Below, in pieces: positions 49,430-64,000 of a DNA stretch of 64,000 nt. The DNA is from Schmidtea nova (Eukaryota). Below the pieces are notes generated by a model. It worked only from the letters and a program-made list of their open reading frames with translations, had not been told where the DNA came from and did no database searches. A program made the translations under genes and the position numbers. The stretch spans positions 42,222,001 to 42,286,000 of the forward strand of contig CM097883.1 of the NCBI GenBank assembly GCA_044892505.1. Direction: 5' to 3'. Numbering within the stretch: position 1 is the stretch's first letter; the number at the start of each line of letters is the position of its first letter.

Positions 49430-50099
49430 CTCTTCGCAGTGTTAGGTGGTGCGGTGTACCAGCGTTAACCAAATGGAAGGGGAGAGGTTGGACATAGAGA
49501 AGGCAGAGATAGATTTCCTTTTGACAATAATAAGAACATGAGGCTTACCGATTTTTTTGATCAAGTTAAACTTCGCAAACCCAGCGCAGTAAAAATCTGA
49601 GACAGCTTTGGAAAGTGAATAAGCCAAGATAATATACAGATAGAGATCATACAATCACAAATATAACTAAGGTAACTCCCATACATTTATTTTCTTTGCG
49701 ACATGGTAGAGTGAAATAGTGCGTTAATGCCACCTAAGGATCTGTAGAAAAATTCAAAAATTTACAAATAAAGAGCAAAATAATTAAAAAAAATTAAAAA
49801 TCAAAGGTTTTACGGGCGCAAATAGGTATGGGTGGATGCCAAATGATAAAATGGATTCAAATATAATGATATCACATCAATGGGCGTCCTCAGAAATAGA
49901 TATTAAAAAAGTACAAACTTATTAAAAACTTAATTTACTAATGGAAACCCAGAGTCGTCAACAAAATAATTAAATTACTTTAGGCGAATTTTTGAGATAA
50001 TGAAAAACCCAAGCAGTGTGGGAAATCAAAGATTGAAAAAAAATAATTAAATTGCTTGGGATAATTCAATTGTATAAAATCCTCGAACTAAAGGAAAAT

Positions 50100-53000
50100 C
50101 TGGGAGATATTAAAACTCAATTTATGAATTTATCTATGATGGTCGATGAAAGTCGGCTGTCAAAATCTTATTTTTTTATTGGACGTGAGAAGTTAAATTC
50201 ATCTAATTAATTAATTATATTGAAGGAAATTACTATAAAAGCGGAAAGCAAACTCTAAAATTTTCCAGTTCGCAATCAAAGTCTTTAAAAATGATAAAGC
50301 TAGTTATTTAGATTGATCAGAGTAATTAGAGACTAGATGAGTAAAGTGTGATCAAACAACTTATCCAGAGGAACATATAGAAAGCGTACCAGAAAAAAAC
50401 GATTTCCCGATGAGCTACTTACTTTGAAATGTTGTTAAAATTTAAAGTGTTATAGTGGCAACGATTGCAGTGAAATTTAAATAAATTTATTGTATTTGGG
50501 TATTGTTGTATTTTGAAACAGAGAGCATATCGAGTCAGAGCTTTGATACTGACTTTCATAAAAAACTACCTGAAAACGTAAGTATTCTAAGCTATCCTAA
50601 CCAGGGCCGTGTCTGGGTATATGGCCGCCTGCGTGCTAGTATGCATGGCCGCCCTTTGAGATAACATCAAAATCAAAGAAAAAAATCAAATTTTCATTCT
50701 TAATTTTTTTATTATACTTATATATCTAATGTACATGTACATATTACCATTGAATATAAAACATTAATATGTTTGGCACATCTATAAATCTATGATATTA
50801 CAATCAAAAATTTACTCTACGCGATTTTTTAGAGGCAAATTCTTCAATCGCCCCTTCAATATTTAAGGAATCAGCAATTTCACTTTCAATTGCAATAATT
50901 GATATATTACTGAGACGTTCTTGAGTCATTGAAGTTCTCAGGTGGTTTTTGATTATTTTTAATTTTGAAAAACTTCGCTCTCCAGATGCAACAGATACTG
51001 GAACTGTCAGTAAAAGTTTTAAACTTGTGACGACATTTGGAAAAGAATTCTCCAAGTTGTATTTGTATTAAAACTTTATGAGTTCTTCGGGCTGCTTTCT
51101 GTCTTTTATGATAATTTTTAGAGAAATTAACTCTTGATATAATTCTACGCCACTAATATCACAAGATTCACCATCTTTAAATTTATTATGGAGATCGAAA
51201 CAACTTTTTTTTATTTCCTCATGTTCCATATCAATAAATTTGTATAGAAATCCAAAACATTGTTCGAAATTTGACAAAGTTTCAAAACGGGTGGTAAGAG
51301 ATGAAATATCTGTATCTAGTATTACATAGAAAAAATTAATTTGAAAATGTTCTTTTGGAGTAAATTGAATATCTTCATCTCCTTCATAGCTAAATTGTTT
51401 TCGGTGATGTCGGCGACGTACACTAATTTCAGCAGGAAAATCCGGTTCTGTTTCAAGTGCTTTACAAAGTTCATTAGAAATCTGCAAATAATTTTCGAAA
51501 CTTTCGTCATTTCTAATGCTTTTGAAAAATTTCAAAACTTCCTTAATTGATTCAGCACACGAACTGATATTCCAAGAAACTTTCTACATCATTTTGCTAA
51601 TAAAATCTACCTTTTCCAAGATTTCGTACCATATTATTATTGAAGAAATAAATTTATAAGATTTAGGTTTCATTGCCAAACATTCAGCTTCATGTCGAAC
51701 TGTTGGCATTGAAGATTCCTCAGCTATTTCTATAAGGCTGTCATAAATTTCACCTAATTCATTTCGCAATGGTCTAATTGCTTTAATTCTTGCTTCCCAT
51801 CGAGTTTCACTAACTTGTTTCAATGTTAAAGATTTTACATTTTTCTTTAAAACTTGCCATCTAAATGGTGATCCACTGTAAAAGTTGTATATTGCAGATA
51901 CATTACTGAAAAAATCCACCGTTGAAAACGAAACATTAGCTGCATCATTAATGGCCAAATTTAATGTATGCGCGTTGCATGGCATAAACAGAGCTCGTGG
52001 ATAATTTTCCAAAATTCGCTTTTGCAATCCTTTATGTTTTCCGGACATATTAGACCCATCATCGTATCCCTGGCCCCTCATATCGTTAATATTTAATTCA
52101 AGATAGTTTAACTTTTGAATTAAGAAGTCGTAAAAAGATTCTCCAGTACAATTTTCAGCTTGATAAAATCCAATGAAATTTTCTCTTACTTCAACTTCAT
52201 AATTTTTAATATCTACATACCTAATAATCATTGTAACTTGCTCGACATGTCCAGTGTCCGGTGTACAGTCCAAAATGACTGAAAAATATTTTGCCTCTTT
52301 TATTGATGTTAATATATATTTTTGAATTTGGGTTGCAAGGATAGTGATTATTTCATTTTGAAAGCGATTTCCCAGGTAATGTGGCATGTGGTTCTTTAAA
52401 GCGATTGGTTCTTGTACGCGTTTTATGTGGTCTGCCATTATATCATCAAATTTTCCTATCATTTCAATTGCTTTCAGAAAATTTCCATTATTTTTTTCGT
52501 ACAATTTGCTGGAAGAACCTCTAAAAGCTAAACACTGTCCTGCTAGAAATTGTACCACAGATATCATGCGCCTGACAATTTGACACCATCGCTTTTTCTC
52601 GGCGTCATAATACCGTTGCATATTCTTATCAATTGTAGTTTTTCTTTTTAAATTTAATTCCAATTTTTTCCAACAGGTGCAATTTTCGATGTGCAGCGAT
52701 GTTTTTTCGTGACGAGATAAGTTGTCAGATATGTGTTGCCAATCGTTGAAGCCTTCATTAACTAATTTTATTTCTTGTTTGCCAAATAATTTACAACAGA
52801 AGCAAAATGTGGCATCATTTTTTGGAGAATAGATTAACCACTCACGATTAAATTTTTCACCATTTGGCAGTTTTCTATAGAAATAAACCTTTGAAAATGA
52901 TCTTCCAAATTCATTTAGTGGATATGTAGATTGTATATTTTGAATAGGGCCTTTTTCAATTAAAATATCCAGCATTTTATTAATAAGTGTTCAAGGCCAG

Positions 53001-54700
53001 CAAGCTGGATCATTTAGTTCTATACACATAGCAAAATATTCTTCATCAATTTCAGTGATATCGTCGATATTTGTAACTGCAATATCTCCTATTTCATCAT
53101 TACTACTAATATTGTCATTATCATTTGTATTTTCGGCAGATAATTCATTTTCATTGGAAAAAAATTCACTGCTTGGATTTGCTTGGCTACTGCAAGCATT
53201 TTGCATTTCTGGAGGTTTTTCCAAATATTTGGTTAGTGAACCAAAGATTTTTTTAGCAACATGTTGTTTTTCTTCTCGCTTTCTTTTATACTGTGCTCCA
53301 GACAATCTTTTCGTTTTTCTTCCAGTCATTCTTATGCCTTTTACTAAAATGTTTAAAAATATCAATAACGATTTATAATGAAATTAATTTATTATAAAAT
53401 TAAATTCATTACCTTTTTCAACCTTTTGTAACAAAGCGTTGGGTGAGGCGGTGAGGGAATCTGCCCAAGCGCTTTCCGAGTTCAAATAGGGTTTTATTGA
53501 CACGCAGCTGAGACGCTTGCCGTGCTATAGACAGACAGGTAAATCACATATTATAACACACACACACGCGCGCTCCCAACTTACCTACGCCATAGAGCGC
53601 AATGATAATGATTACAATTGACGAATTGACGACAACACTCAACTATTTGACAATTTACTTTAATTATATATGACTATGACTATATATTAACATTCTTATT
53701 TTGCTTTTTAATTTTTTTTTGTTTTTCTGGTCGTCAGGCCGCCTTTTAATTTGGCCGCCTGTGTGCGGCGCACGTAATGAACGCCGGTCAGGCACGGCCC
53801 TGATCCTAACCAGGAATTACCGTTCATAGTCAACACTGAACAATATTTCAAGAAGAAAACAACGAAAAACAACCCATAACTTTCTTTTTAAAGAAAATTA
53901 AAAATACTCCACATTTGATAGATAGTTATTTGTATTACACGATACGATCAGACACTTTCAATATTTACTTAAAGGAAATGAATTCGAAGTGTACACTGAT
54001 CACAACCCGTTAAGAAATGCTATTAATAAAAACTCTTCACCGAGACAAATAAGACAATTAAATTATATTTGACAATTTAATTGCAAAATAAAATATATAG
54101 CGGGATCAGCTAATATAAGTGCAAGAATCGAAACCCATATTAATGTACTAAATTTGCTACCAATCATAGAACTAGAAAACTCCAAAACAAAACAAAACGA
54201 TAACAGAGTTTCCAAAGATTAACTCACTCAAACTGAAGGAATAAACGGGATCTGGTATGACACATCAAACCACAACTATGAAAAAATCATCTTACCACCA
54301 GAATTCCGTGAACACTACCTACAAAAATACCACAATACCTATCACTCATGAAGCATAGCCACATACTAACTTTTACAAACTAAAGTCGTTTGGCCTTTAA
54401 TGATAAAAACAAGCAAACAAACTAAAACCAGCAAACAAGATCGCAAAACAAATCCATGCCTATAAAAGAAATTTCTGCAGCAAAGAAATGCAGAAAGTTA
54501 GAACAAAATTGGTTCACACGATATGGTTGCCCAAAAACACTAATCAGCGATCAATTTGTAATAAATACAATATCACAAAAATTTGAACTGCATATAACCC
54601 ACAAACAAAAAGAAAAGTGAAAAATTGCATTGATCAATAAAACAATCAATCAGAACCAAAAAAAATTACCAGAAATTTTGACAAGCAAAAAATTTTGTAC
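50100..54700 (+). pseudogene. Gypsy/Ty3 pol relic (RT-RNase H-integrase) split by a hAT insertion
   Basis: LLYLGIV (RT, ~50490) before the hAT; IRHFQYLLKGNEFEVYTDHNPL and IKYIAGSANI (RNase H) and PPEFREHLLQKYH (integrase N-terminus) after it. Confidence 0.7.
50602..53802 (-). mobile_element. hAT transposon (ZMYM1/TTF type), full length, 3201 bp, transposase with ~3 frameshifts
   Basis: TIRs CAGGGCCGTG; perfect 8-bp TSD ATCCTAAC (50594-50601, 53803-53810); ORF pieces 52991-53332, 51584-52975, 51068-51535 and 50804-51055 (DCTPDT, QGYDDGSNM, PCNAHTLNL, ETRWEAR, ASGERSFSKLK). Confidence 0.97.
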
Positions 54701-55784
54701 TATATCAAATACAAGTTATTGTATCGGGTGTTTTGTTCGTTTTTAAATAAAGAGCACGAGGAGTCAGACTTTAATACTGACTTTTGAAAATAAATCCAAC
54801 AAATTAATTAACAATTAGACAGATAATATTTAAATTAGTGTTATTAGGAATTTTATAATGTTGACTACAACATTGACTACAAAACTACAATCAAAAGTGT
54901 GAAAGTCTCTAAATTGCCTGTCTTTCCTAGTTTTCTTTTATGGAAAACATTCGCCATTGCCTAAATGATAATTTTGTACGGTTTCTAGAATCTATCGATG
55001 TATAATAAAAGCTTGAATAAAAGCTTGAATAAAAGCTCTGAAAGTAAATTTGTTTAAGAAATATGTGGCTTTCACAATTATGTCAGTTTCTAGCAATTAT
55101 ATTTGAATAAGATTTTATGTTTCTGGAATGCAAAATAATTTAAATTTAAAAATATAAGACTGATTGAGAGTATTGAGTTAGAAACTGAGTAAATCGAGCT
55201 ATAGTAACCATCTTATCGGAAATACATAATACATCCTGGTCTATCCACATCCATCAAATTTGCAATTGAGCGTTCAACTATTTTTATCAAAGCACAAAAA
55301 ATGACTCGTTAATGTGCTGCACAAATTGTCTGCTTATATCAGATTCAATTTGGAAATGGTATATGTGATTTCACATTTGTTCATTAAAATTTAGTCTATA
55401 TTGACTATATTGAATATCGACAAAACAATAAATGAACAGAAAACACCAACATAGAAGTTTGAACTTGAGAAAACATTTAAAACAAAACAGGTTCTAATAA
55501 ATCCCAGTTCAATCTGAACAAATTTTGGTCAACGATATCATTCAAGATAAAGATTTGGATCTTGTTTGTATATACCAATGAATTGTCAATTTCTAACATT
55601 GTTCAGCTAACCCTAGCTTATAGAATCATAATTTCATTATAAATAATGTTGTATCTGTGAACGAGAAAATCAATAAAATTCAAAAAATTAAATATAAATG
55701 TTGAAATTTATATATATATATATATATATATAAAATAAAATAAAATTCTGATATTTTAAGAAATAAACAAATATATAAAACAAT

Positions 55785-56382
55785 TGTTGGGCCAAGCCAA
55801 GTACAAATTAAGTAAAAAATAAAAACATAAATTAATAAATAATAGTAGAATTACTGGATACCAACAAAGAAAAAGCAATCGAAATCATTGAAGCCTAAAC
55901 AAATGATAATAACAAGCAGTGATGAATAATAAAATATACCAATCAAAAAATCACCTTAGCGAAACGAAACCGCTGAGTACAGCTAATCCGGGGGTGGCAT
56001 CACTTGAAAATAGTACAAATATGAAATAAATGAATAATATAAAATCGGATGAATAAACAGCAATGAAATAAATCAGCACATAACCGCACAATAGAATTCA
56101 GTTAAAAAATAAAACAAACTATTATGAGGGCGGTGAAAGCGTTCTGATTGGCCGGCCCAAACTGAAAACTACTATATAAACAGCAGCGATTTCAGTGTGA
56201 AAATCATAATATGTCATTTTACTGACTCAGAGTCAGTACCTGATAAATTGAAACTGTAATCACTTGGAGAATAAAGGTATGTGGTAATTTATTTTGGTGT
56301 CTGAATTGATTGTTTAAACCCTCATATGTTTTCGAAATCAAAATCGATAGGAATACGTCCCGACGGTCTCCGGACCCGACGG
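55785..56382 (+). mobile_element. LTR-like family B copy 3 (3'-truncated)
   Basis: TGTTGGGCCAAGCCAA start; ATTGG 56147-56151; TATATAAA 56173-56180; AATAAAG|GTATG; CGTCCCGACGGTCTCCGGACCCGACGG. Confidence 0.75.
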
Positions 56383-57764
56383 ATTTCATGATTTTTTTAT
56401 ATAAAATATTGCATAAAATAACACAAGTCTCTTAATAAATTTAATCTTAATAAATTCATCTGATTCTTCGGAAACATCAATTGTTTCAATTGTTAGATAA
56501 GATTATTTACTTCGTTAATATTTTTCATTAAATAATGTTCCGTACACATCACGCTTTGCTATACGCCATATCAGGGGAAAATTCCGCTGCATTAAGATAA
56601 TTTATTATATTTTTAAAATATTCAATTTCTGTCATTCCTGAGTATAGATTATATTAAATTTTTATTAGAGAAATGTTCACATATAATGCAGATCCCTGAG
56701 TTAATGAATGTGTATAAATAGTTATTTATCTCTTAGTTTTTTTTGTTTATCTTCATTCTTTTAAATTATAAATCAAAATATTTTCAATTTAACACAAATT
56801 TTCGACACTGCTTTTTTAAGTGTTATTTCTTTCATTTTTTTGCTCCATGGCTTTATTTGATTTCAATAGGTAATATTTAAAATATTGTGTTTTTATCAGA
56901 AATGGGGAGTCGGAGTCGGATTCGAAGGTTTTTCGAGGAGTCGATGTCGGAGTCAGAGTCGATAGAAATTAATCGACTCTTTGACTCCTTTTCTACTTAG
57001 GAAAAAAATTAATTAAACTTCTCTTTATTTCACGCACGCATGTCAAAGTTACGAAAAATATGAATGATAATCAAATAAAGTGCACACCAGGCCCAAGATT
57101 AGCGGTCTAAAAAACGAACAATGCATGGATACAGAGCGAGGGAAGAAATGTATCTAGAAAAATATATCTAAGAAATAATGTATCTAGAGAGAAAATTTAT
57201 TCAATCTTTATTCATGTTTAATTTATTCCATTATAATATGAAACAGTTGGTTAAACTTTAAGCAGCGAAATAATTAATAATTTAAAGTATAAAATACAAC
57301 GAAATAAAATACATACATTGCTTTAATTTCTAATAAATAATAGCAACACAAAAAGAAAGTTTAAGCTATATATTTCATTGCTCTCTCGTACGTCCGCTCT
57401 CTCTAGCATTATATTGCGATTATTAAGCCTTGTGTAATTATCTCAGAGTCCCCTAAATCCGAGACTTAATTGGTTACATCCGGTTTTCAATCTTAATGAA
57501 AAGAAATAAAAAAGATATTAATTCCGTCTTAAATTAATAAACTTTGATAACTCTAGTTTTTACGGTAAAATTAAATCTATTTACAGACTTTATTTAAAAT
57601 TTTAGACCGAATACTTTGTTATTTAGATAATTAAGAGTTTTGAGTTATAGAATAAAAAAATTCATGTGCGACTTTTATGGCCAACACACATGAGTCAAAA
57701 ATATTACAAATAATTTTTATTTTTCCTTATGCGTATTTCAAATACATTACAAACTTTATTGCAG

Positions 57765-57880
57765 TCTATTACGAACAGGGTCTGTATGACCTTGCTATTG
57801 ACAGCTATCGGAAAGTGGTTGATCTGCAGCCTAATTTTCCGACGCGTACTGCAATCTAGCACATGTATTGAAAGGGAAAA
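57765..57880 (+). pseudogene. OGT: O-GlcNAc transferase (OGT) TPR exon fragment
   Basis: [26 protein letters not shown], then after a 1-nt frameshift [11 protein letters not shown]; matches the OGT TPR [37 protein letters not shown]. Confidence 0.8.
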
Positions 57881-58549
57881 CTGAAACAAAAGCCCCTAGT
57901 GTAAATGGCCCACATTTAAATCGAGTCAACCTTAAGACAATATCACATTTAGTGAATATAATTATCACTAAAGAATGTTCCAGCCAAACACCTTTGCCTA
58001 CAGATAAATGTCGCATCTTTTCTGAACACCTTTCAATGGAATTTTCGATAGGAAATACCTGCACAAAGCAGGATATTATCAGACTACTTACTAATAACAT
58101 TGAATTAGTATTAAAAACAATAACTGGAGTTTTTCTCAAAGTTCCTGATGAAGCCGTAATGATTGTAAAAAGTTAATACAATGAAACTTGTCTTAATGAA
58201 CCGTTCGGTTCGACCGCATCGCCAATTAAAAAAAGCAATACATTTACCGAGTCGATAACGTGTGACATTCAGGCTTCTAATCTATCGCCGTCGAATGAAA
58301 GGGCTTTCACTAGTGTCAGCTCAGACGAAAATCAGTCGTAAGTGTCAAGTGGCTATTCTAGAATTAATTCTCTGCCACATATTGCATTTAACCAATTTAA
58401 AATGGAATCAATTAAACCGTTTACTGCGAATACCGGCGACCATCTTAACTTATCGGATCTTTTTGATTTATTGAGAAAAGTCGATAGTTCAAACCTCACC
58501 CAATTTCATTCACGAAGTTCAATACGGCATTTACTAAGTATTAGATGCC

Positions 58550-60400
58550 ATTCAAAAATCCATACAACCAGATGCGAGAATTGAAAAAGATGTTATTTCC
58601 GTTACTATGAAAAAATCGAACCATATCACAATACTGCAGATAAATGAAAATGAGGTTATCTGTTTCGTGATCGATTCCACCTTGATTTTTGCCATTAGAG
58701 CAGAATCTTCTCTAGCTACGTCCTGGCGGGCTTCAAAAGTTTGTCGAATGCCAAGACAAATCGCTCGAACAGGATTAATATGACTCTCCCAACGCGTACT
58801 ACTCAAAGGCTTCAACGTTAGAATTGGACACTTATTCTTGAGAGTTTTCCATCGTTTTATAGATGCAGAGAAAAGTTAGATACACACGGTAGGATATCGA
58901 AAAAGCTGGCAAACTCGATAGAAGATTTTACAACATCTACTACAACCAAGTTTAACGTATGCGAAGTGCATGCTACATATATCGCCCTTTATTTTTTTTT
59001 AGTAGTCTTCGCTGCACCCCTTGATTTTTCCTCTTCATAATTCTACCATTGTCTTATCCTTGACCGCGCATATTAGAGATAATGAGGCCCAGCTCGTCGA
59101 GAGATTTCACTATTTCTTCTGTAATCATTTTCAGTAGAATCCTGAGTATTGACGAATTTCATGAAACTTTCGGTAATTTTAACTTTATATGGAGATATTT
59201 TGGATTTCTCAACCGCAACAACATAACGAGCGACATCTGCTCCTTGTGGCTCTCGTCAGGGTACAATCAACTATTATCAAAAAATACTTTGCTGTTCTTA
59301 TCTTAGCAAATAGTTGATCTAAGCAAATCCAATCAATTGAGTTTTTTACCCAAATAATGATTATGAGTTTCTGTACTTTTATCCCTATCAAGAGGTTTTT
59401 CCATTACTGGATCAAATTTTGCAAAATGTTGAACGATTTTCAAAAATTTTCTATTATTTCCTCGAAATGTCATATTTACCGCTGCCATCATCAGCATAAT
59501 CGAAATCAATCGTTTTAAAACTTCATTTCAATGTAAAACTTCCAACTTCAGCAATTGTTGGATCTGACCGTCAATTGTTTGATGAATTTCTAATCGTTTT
59601 TTAAAAATCAATCCACTTGCTAAAACTTTGAAAATGTATGAATTTTAAGTGTCCTCCCGATGTTTTTCCAGTTGCATTATCCGTATTGCGAGAAATTTGA
59701 CAATGTGTTTCCGAGTAACTTGCAGAAAAAAACGGAAGCATTGTCTTTTGTTGGAGAAAAGACAAGCCAAGATCTGTTGATCGTATCACCGTTTCTCATC
59801 GTTCGTCGTAACCAAATGTTCGAAAATTATCTTCATTTAGTGGATATTTTTGCATTTTGTTCTGAACTGGGCCTTGCTTCACGAGATTTTCGATGAGTTG
59901 ATTTACTCAAATTTTCGGGCCAAATTGCTAAGTCTTCGAATGCGTTAGCTTTTTCACAGGAATCTTTAACAATTAAAGATGTATCTTCTCCAGTATCAAT
60001 AATGAACGTGTTCACCACCAACACTTGGATTGACTTACAAAGTTGAATTTTGTCGATGATTTCTGTAGATTCTCGTAAATCTTTATTAATTTTATCAGGA
60101 CCATGTTGGCCTAAATTGTTATTCTCTACAGCCTCTGCAGAGCAATAATCGAACTTCCTGCTGTTGGGTAAAATATCAATGGTGCTGTTTTGCTCATCTG
60201 TATGATCAAAAGCTTGACGGTTTTCCACATCGTTTAAAGCCTCTTGACTGTTCTCGTTACGATTTGTCGTGAATTTCAGAATTGATTTCTGATCTTTTTA
60301 GACCGTTGTCACGCCTCAATCTTTTTTGTTTATTTTTCCATCCGGATAATTTTATTTTTTGTGGACCGGGACCTTCACTGTTCATGATGGAACGAAAATT
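58550..60400 (-). pseudogene. Third hAT (ZMYM1/TTF type) transposase relic
   Basis: KPLSSTRWESHINPVRAI, YFLIIVDCTL, TTF-like segment near 59600-59830; many disablements. Confidence 0.75.
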
Positions 60401-62949
60401 CAATTAGAATAGACACTCAGGTACAGAAGCATTCAAATAAAACAAAATTAAAAGTAATTTAAATGTATATTTCAAAAATATTAAAAAAATTAATTAAATT
60501 CGAACAAATATAGAAAATTAATGGCGAAAAAAGTATAGAAAATTGACGCCGCTAACGCCTTTTTGCCTTGCATTGGGTAAGGAAAACACACGCAGCAATC
60601 ATTAAACTAAAAACCAATAATAATACTACCTATTACATTACAATAATGAAAGAAAATGGTCAGAAATTTTAGCAATATTGACCCAATGGGGAAAAAGAAT
60701 GAAATAAAATTTTTTATTATTTTTTATCTAATTAAAACACTTTGAATGTTATTTTTAAGGCAGAGATTTCATCATAACTATTTGAAAATGAAATGTTGAA
60801 TTCAACCGAAAATTAAATTAAACACACAAGAACATTTGTTAATAACACTCAACAAAACAAAACTATTTTCGTACTAAGTGTTATGTACTGAATATATGTG
60901 TTTTTTGGGAAATTGATGAGCCCAGCCGAGTCTCTTTTAAAATTGTGTCGGGCGGCCTAGGGTGATTCCTATGTTCCATCGTGTGCGTACGTGTGTATGT
61001 AAAATTTTTTGTAAAAATAAAAATTAGAAACGCTACAACTATTTATTTAACCGAAACCAAAATAGGATAACTATTTGTCCTAATATTTTTGGTTGATATT
61101 ATTTTCTTTCAGTCTTGGTTCTCTTATCCGTGATATTTTTCGTTATTATTATTTTCTTTTTTCTTTCTGTTAAATCTCCAAAATTTAAACAGTTATTTTG
61201 TCCAATCTTCTATTTTTTTAATTAGTTTCCGAAATTTCTATAGTTATTATTTTTCAAATTCCTAGTAATTTATTATTATTTGTAATTATTTATTTTTTAA
61301 AATTTCATTTGATTTAATTTAATAATTTTTAATTTTATGAATAATTCTATTATCATCACCATTAACACTATCATTCAATCGCCTAACTATAAGTAAAATA
61401 AAATCAAGGCGGACTCACAATGCACTAAATTCAATAATATAATAAAAATTGAACCTTTACACTAAGAATTCTAAAAATAATTTATCTCGAAATCAAACAA
61501 ATTAAATTTATTTGATTCTTGAAAAGACACTTGCATATCATAGTATACATAACAAAAGAATCAGAACATAAGACCCATTTGAAATAAACACTTAGTCAAA
61601 TTCCAAAACATTCATAAACCATATACTGCCAAAAAGACCAATACACTAATTCACTCAATCGAAAGCCTCATACCGAAAGCACACACATCTGAATTAACCA
61701 TATAAGTTATAATATATTTAGTCATAAAGTTATTATGAACATAGAATGTTTGCAAGTAGATTTCAAAAATATTTGTTCTTTTTTATGATTTATAACATAA
61801 ATTTGTGGGTGAGAAATTCAGTACTAATTTGCCCATTTATGAATCGTTTGGTGTAAATGAAATTAATTAAAGATTAGTTCTTTAATAATTTTGATTACAT
61901 TGGTTTACTTTAAATATCTCATTAGCTATATATTGCTAGTATGCCTTGATGCGCTTTTGTCTAACCTCAATTGAGTATACCGAAGTTTTCGTGTATGACT
62001 CATTAAAGGCGAGCTTACATATCACAATGTTATATTAACATTCAATTATCTTGTTTTATGAAATAGATCCTTTCAATATTGTCTACAAAATTAAAAACTC
62101 AAAATACTGTTGGAATACATAAATAAAGCAATCAAATGATAATACTTTATTTGTGATTTTTATGGAAGAAACTAAAAATGGGGATGAATCTAAATAAAAA
62201 TTAATAATAAAATTAATAATAAAATGATATATTAAAGGTCTAAATTAATAAAGTATTGGTCTATTTTTGTTTGAACTAAGGGAAAACAAATTCAAACAAA
62301 CTTAGAAATAGCCAAAATTACTTCCGTGATTAGTGAAAATCCGATAATAATTATTTCTTTCATATAAGTCTGTGGTCTGATATAGATGAATTGATTGACT
62401 AAGTGATTGACTATAAGTGATCATAAATAAAAAATCAGTTACCCAACAAATGTTTTTAGGAGTAAGCCCGATTGTAAAGAGATCAATTGAAAATTTTATT
62501 TAAACAAATTTTTAAAAGTATATAAAGAACTAAAAATTATTCTTTGAGACCTTTTTGGTATGTACAAAAGAGATAATGAATTGTGATATATTTGCAATAT
62601 TGAGTTCATTAGGAATCATAATTTATGATATTGTTGTTTATGTATTTGGTATCAATAAATCTATATAGTGTTGGGAGTTTGTTAATTTGATACGCAAGTA
62701 TGCGATTGGAGTCAGTGTAAAAATCAATAGAAATTTTTATTACTGTTGAATATGTATATTTGAGTTTTTCTACTACTCTCATAAAAAATAAATAAAACAA
62801 TTTAAAATCAAAATCTATTTCAATACAATCAATATTAAAACAATTCACTAATTTAAATTATCATATGATAACTTTTAAAACTGATAAGATATTATTTTAC
62901 TATCCACTTCTTTAAGAGCTATTTCACTTTTTCAGCCACTCTATTCTTC

Positions 62950-63600
62950 GTAATTTAATGGTATCTTTGTTATGTAATTTCACTTGATAGGCAGAAATAA
63001 ATTTTCTGATTTTGTATGGCCCTTCGTATTACATTCCAGCTTTTGTTATATTTTGCAATTTTTTACTGATTAAACCCGTCTCCTTGATCTCTATCTCGTT
63101 TGTTCAAGTCTGCAACTCTTTCTGTGATTTTTAACTGAATATAGATATAAAAACTTGAATATAGATTTAGTTTCTTTCTATAAATTATTTGGAACGATGA
63201 ATAACACGTTGTATTATGTTGCACTGTGTTAATGTAAAATTTAATCTTAGTTACTATATTCAGTTAATTTTTCTCTTCTTTATTGCTTTCTTTGTAGTAT
63301 TTAGAAATATAAATGCCTTGTTATTTGTTCACATTATGAATCTCTTTCAATATATGTATCGTTTGAAAAGCTAGAATTTTCACGTATGACTCGGAATTCT
63401 GTATTTGTGATAAAATATCTTTTTTTCATCAGTTGATGTGTCTAGACCATGACTATGACTGTCTCGGTAACATCTTTTTTGAGTTTGCTAAACACTGATC
63501 CAGTTTCATGATTTGTCCTCCATTTATTTTCATTTTGTAAGTAACTAAGGTTATATCCACCCATAAAACCTTCGAAAATGCCATTATCATACTCATTACA
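62950..63600 (-). pseudogene. Gypsy integrase C-terminal relic
   Basis: YEGPYKI motif at ~63000-63030 and faint upstream core similarity. Confidence 0.4.
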
Positions 63601-64000
63601 AAAGTTTATATCAATACATAATAAAAAAAGTTTTTGAATTTTTGACCCTTTTGAACATTAATTAAAATAGCACAGGAAGTAGCATATGAGCAATTGAAAA
63701 CTAAAACATTTCACTGGTGTGCTGTGCTACTTTTAAAATAGCATATTAAATGAAATAGTACGCGCCAAATTAAAATAGCACAGGTCAATTGCATCGGTCC
63801 TGTTAAGATTTTTAAAATGATATTATATTGATAAAAATATTCTTCGTAGAATGCGCTTAAAATAAAATGAACCGAATGTCGTTTTTTACATATTAAGAGA
63901 AAAAGTTTCAATAAAAACTAGTAAATATTTCGCACAAAATTTGTGTATTTGATAAAGGCTATGTCGAAATATCGTGAACCTAACAGCCAAAAAAATATGA

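Noticed and set aside
49440-49460. TGGTGCGGTG as a tRNA-Gly primer-binding site of family B
   Set aside because: It lies ~16 nt from the LTR end, is imperfect and is not conserved in copy 1; host tRNA sequences would be needed.
56900-56990. GGAGTC short repeats as CRISPR-like or telomeric array
   Set aside because: No repeat-spacer structure; typical subterminal repeats of a non-autonomous TE. No CRISPR, rRNA or tRNA was seen in the window.

Overview
AT-rich animal genomic DNA with five N-gaps. The 42-52 nt minimal introns, (TA)n tracts and transposon spectrum suggest a triclad flatworm such as a planarian, which is inference only. Two host genes are supported. A complete 7-exon G-protein beta subunit gene (GNB1-like, 345 aa) lies on the minus strand at 1018-31438, with three tiny and three TE-filled introns. 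A divergent cathepsin L-type first exon (signal peptide plus I29 propeptide) lies at 31754-32179. The rest is mostly mobile DNA: mariner/Tc1, several hATs and hAT MITEs with perfect TSDs, an intact Merlin (IS1595-like) element, Penelope GIY-YIG relics with a minimal hammerhead ribozyme, Gypsy pol relics and two LTR-like families. The most unusual part is 38.4-46.1 kb, a GC-richer run of compact, co-oriented orphan genes. It includes a decayed geminivirus/genomovirus-like Rep (HUH plus SF3 helicase) with a 52-nt intron between its domains and a TAATATTAC stem-loop. It also contains an LTR-like repeat whose copies conserve antisense micro-introns and a sense intron at the poly(A) signal. Degenerate TBP-like, nuclear-receptor-like and OGT-TPR fragments also occur. 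All assignments are by eye; no database search was run.
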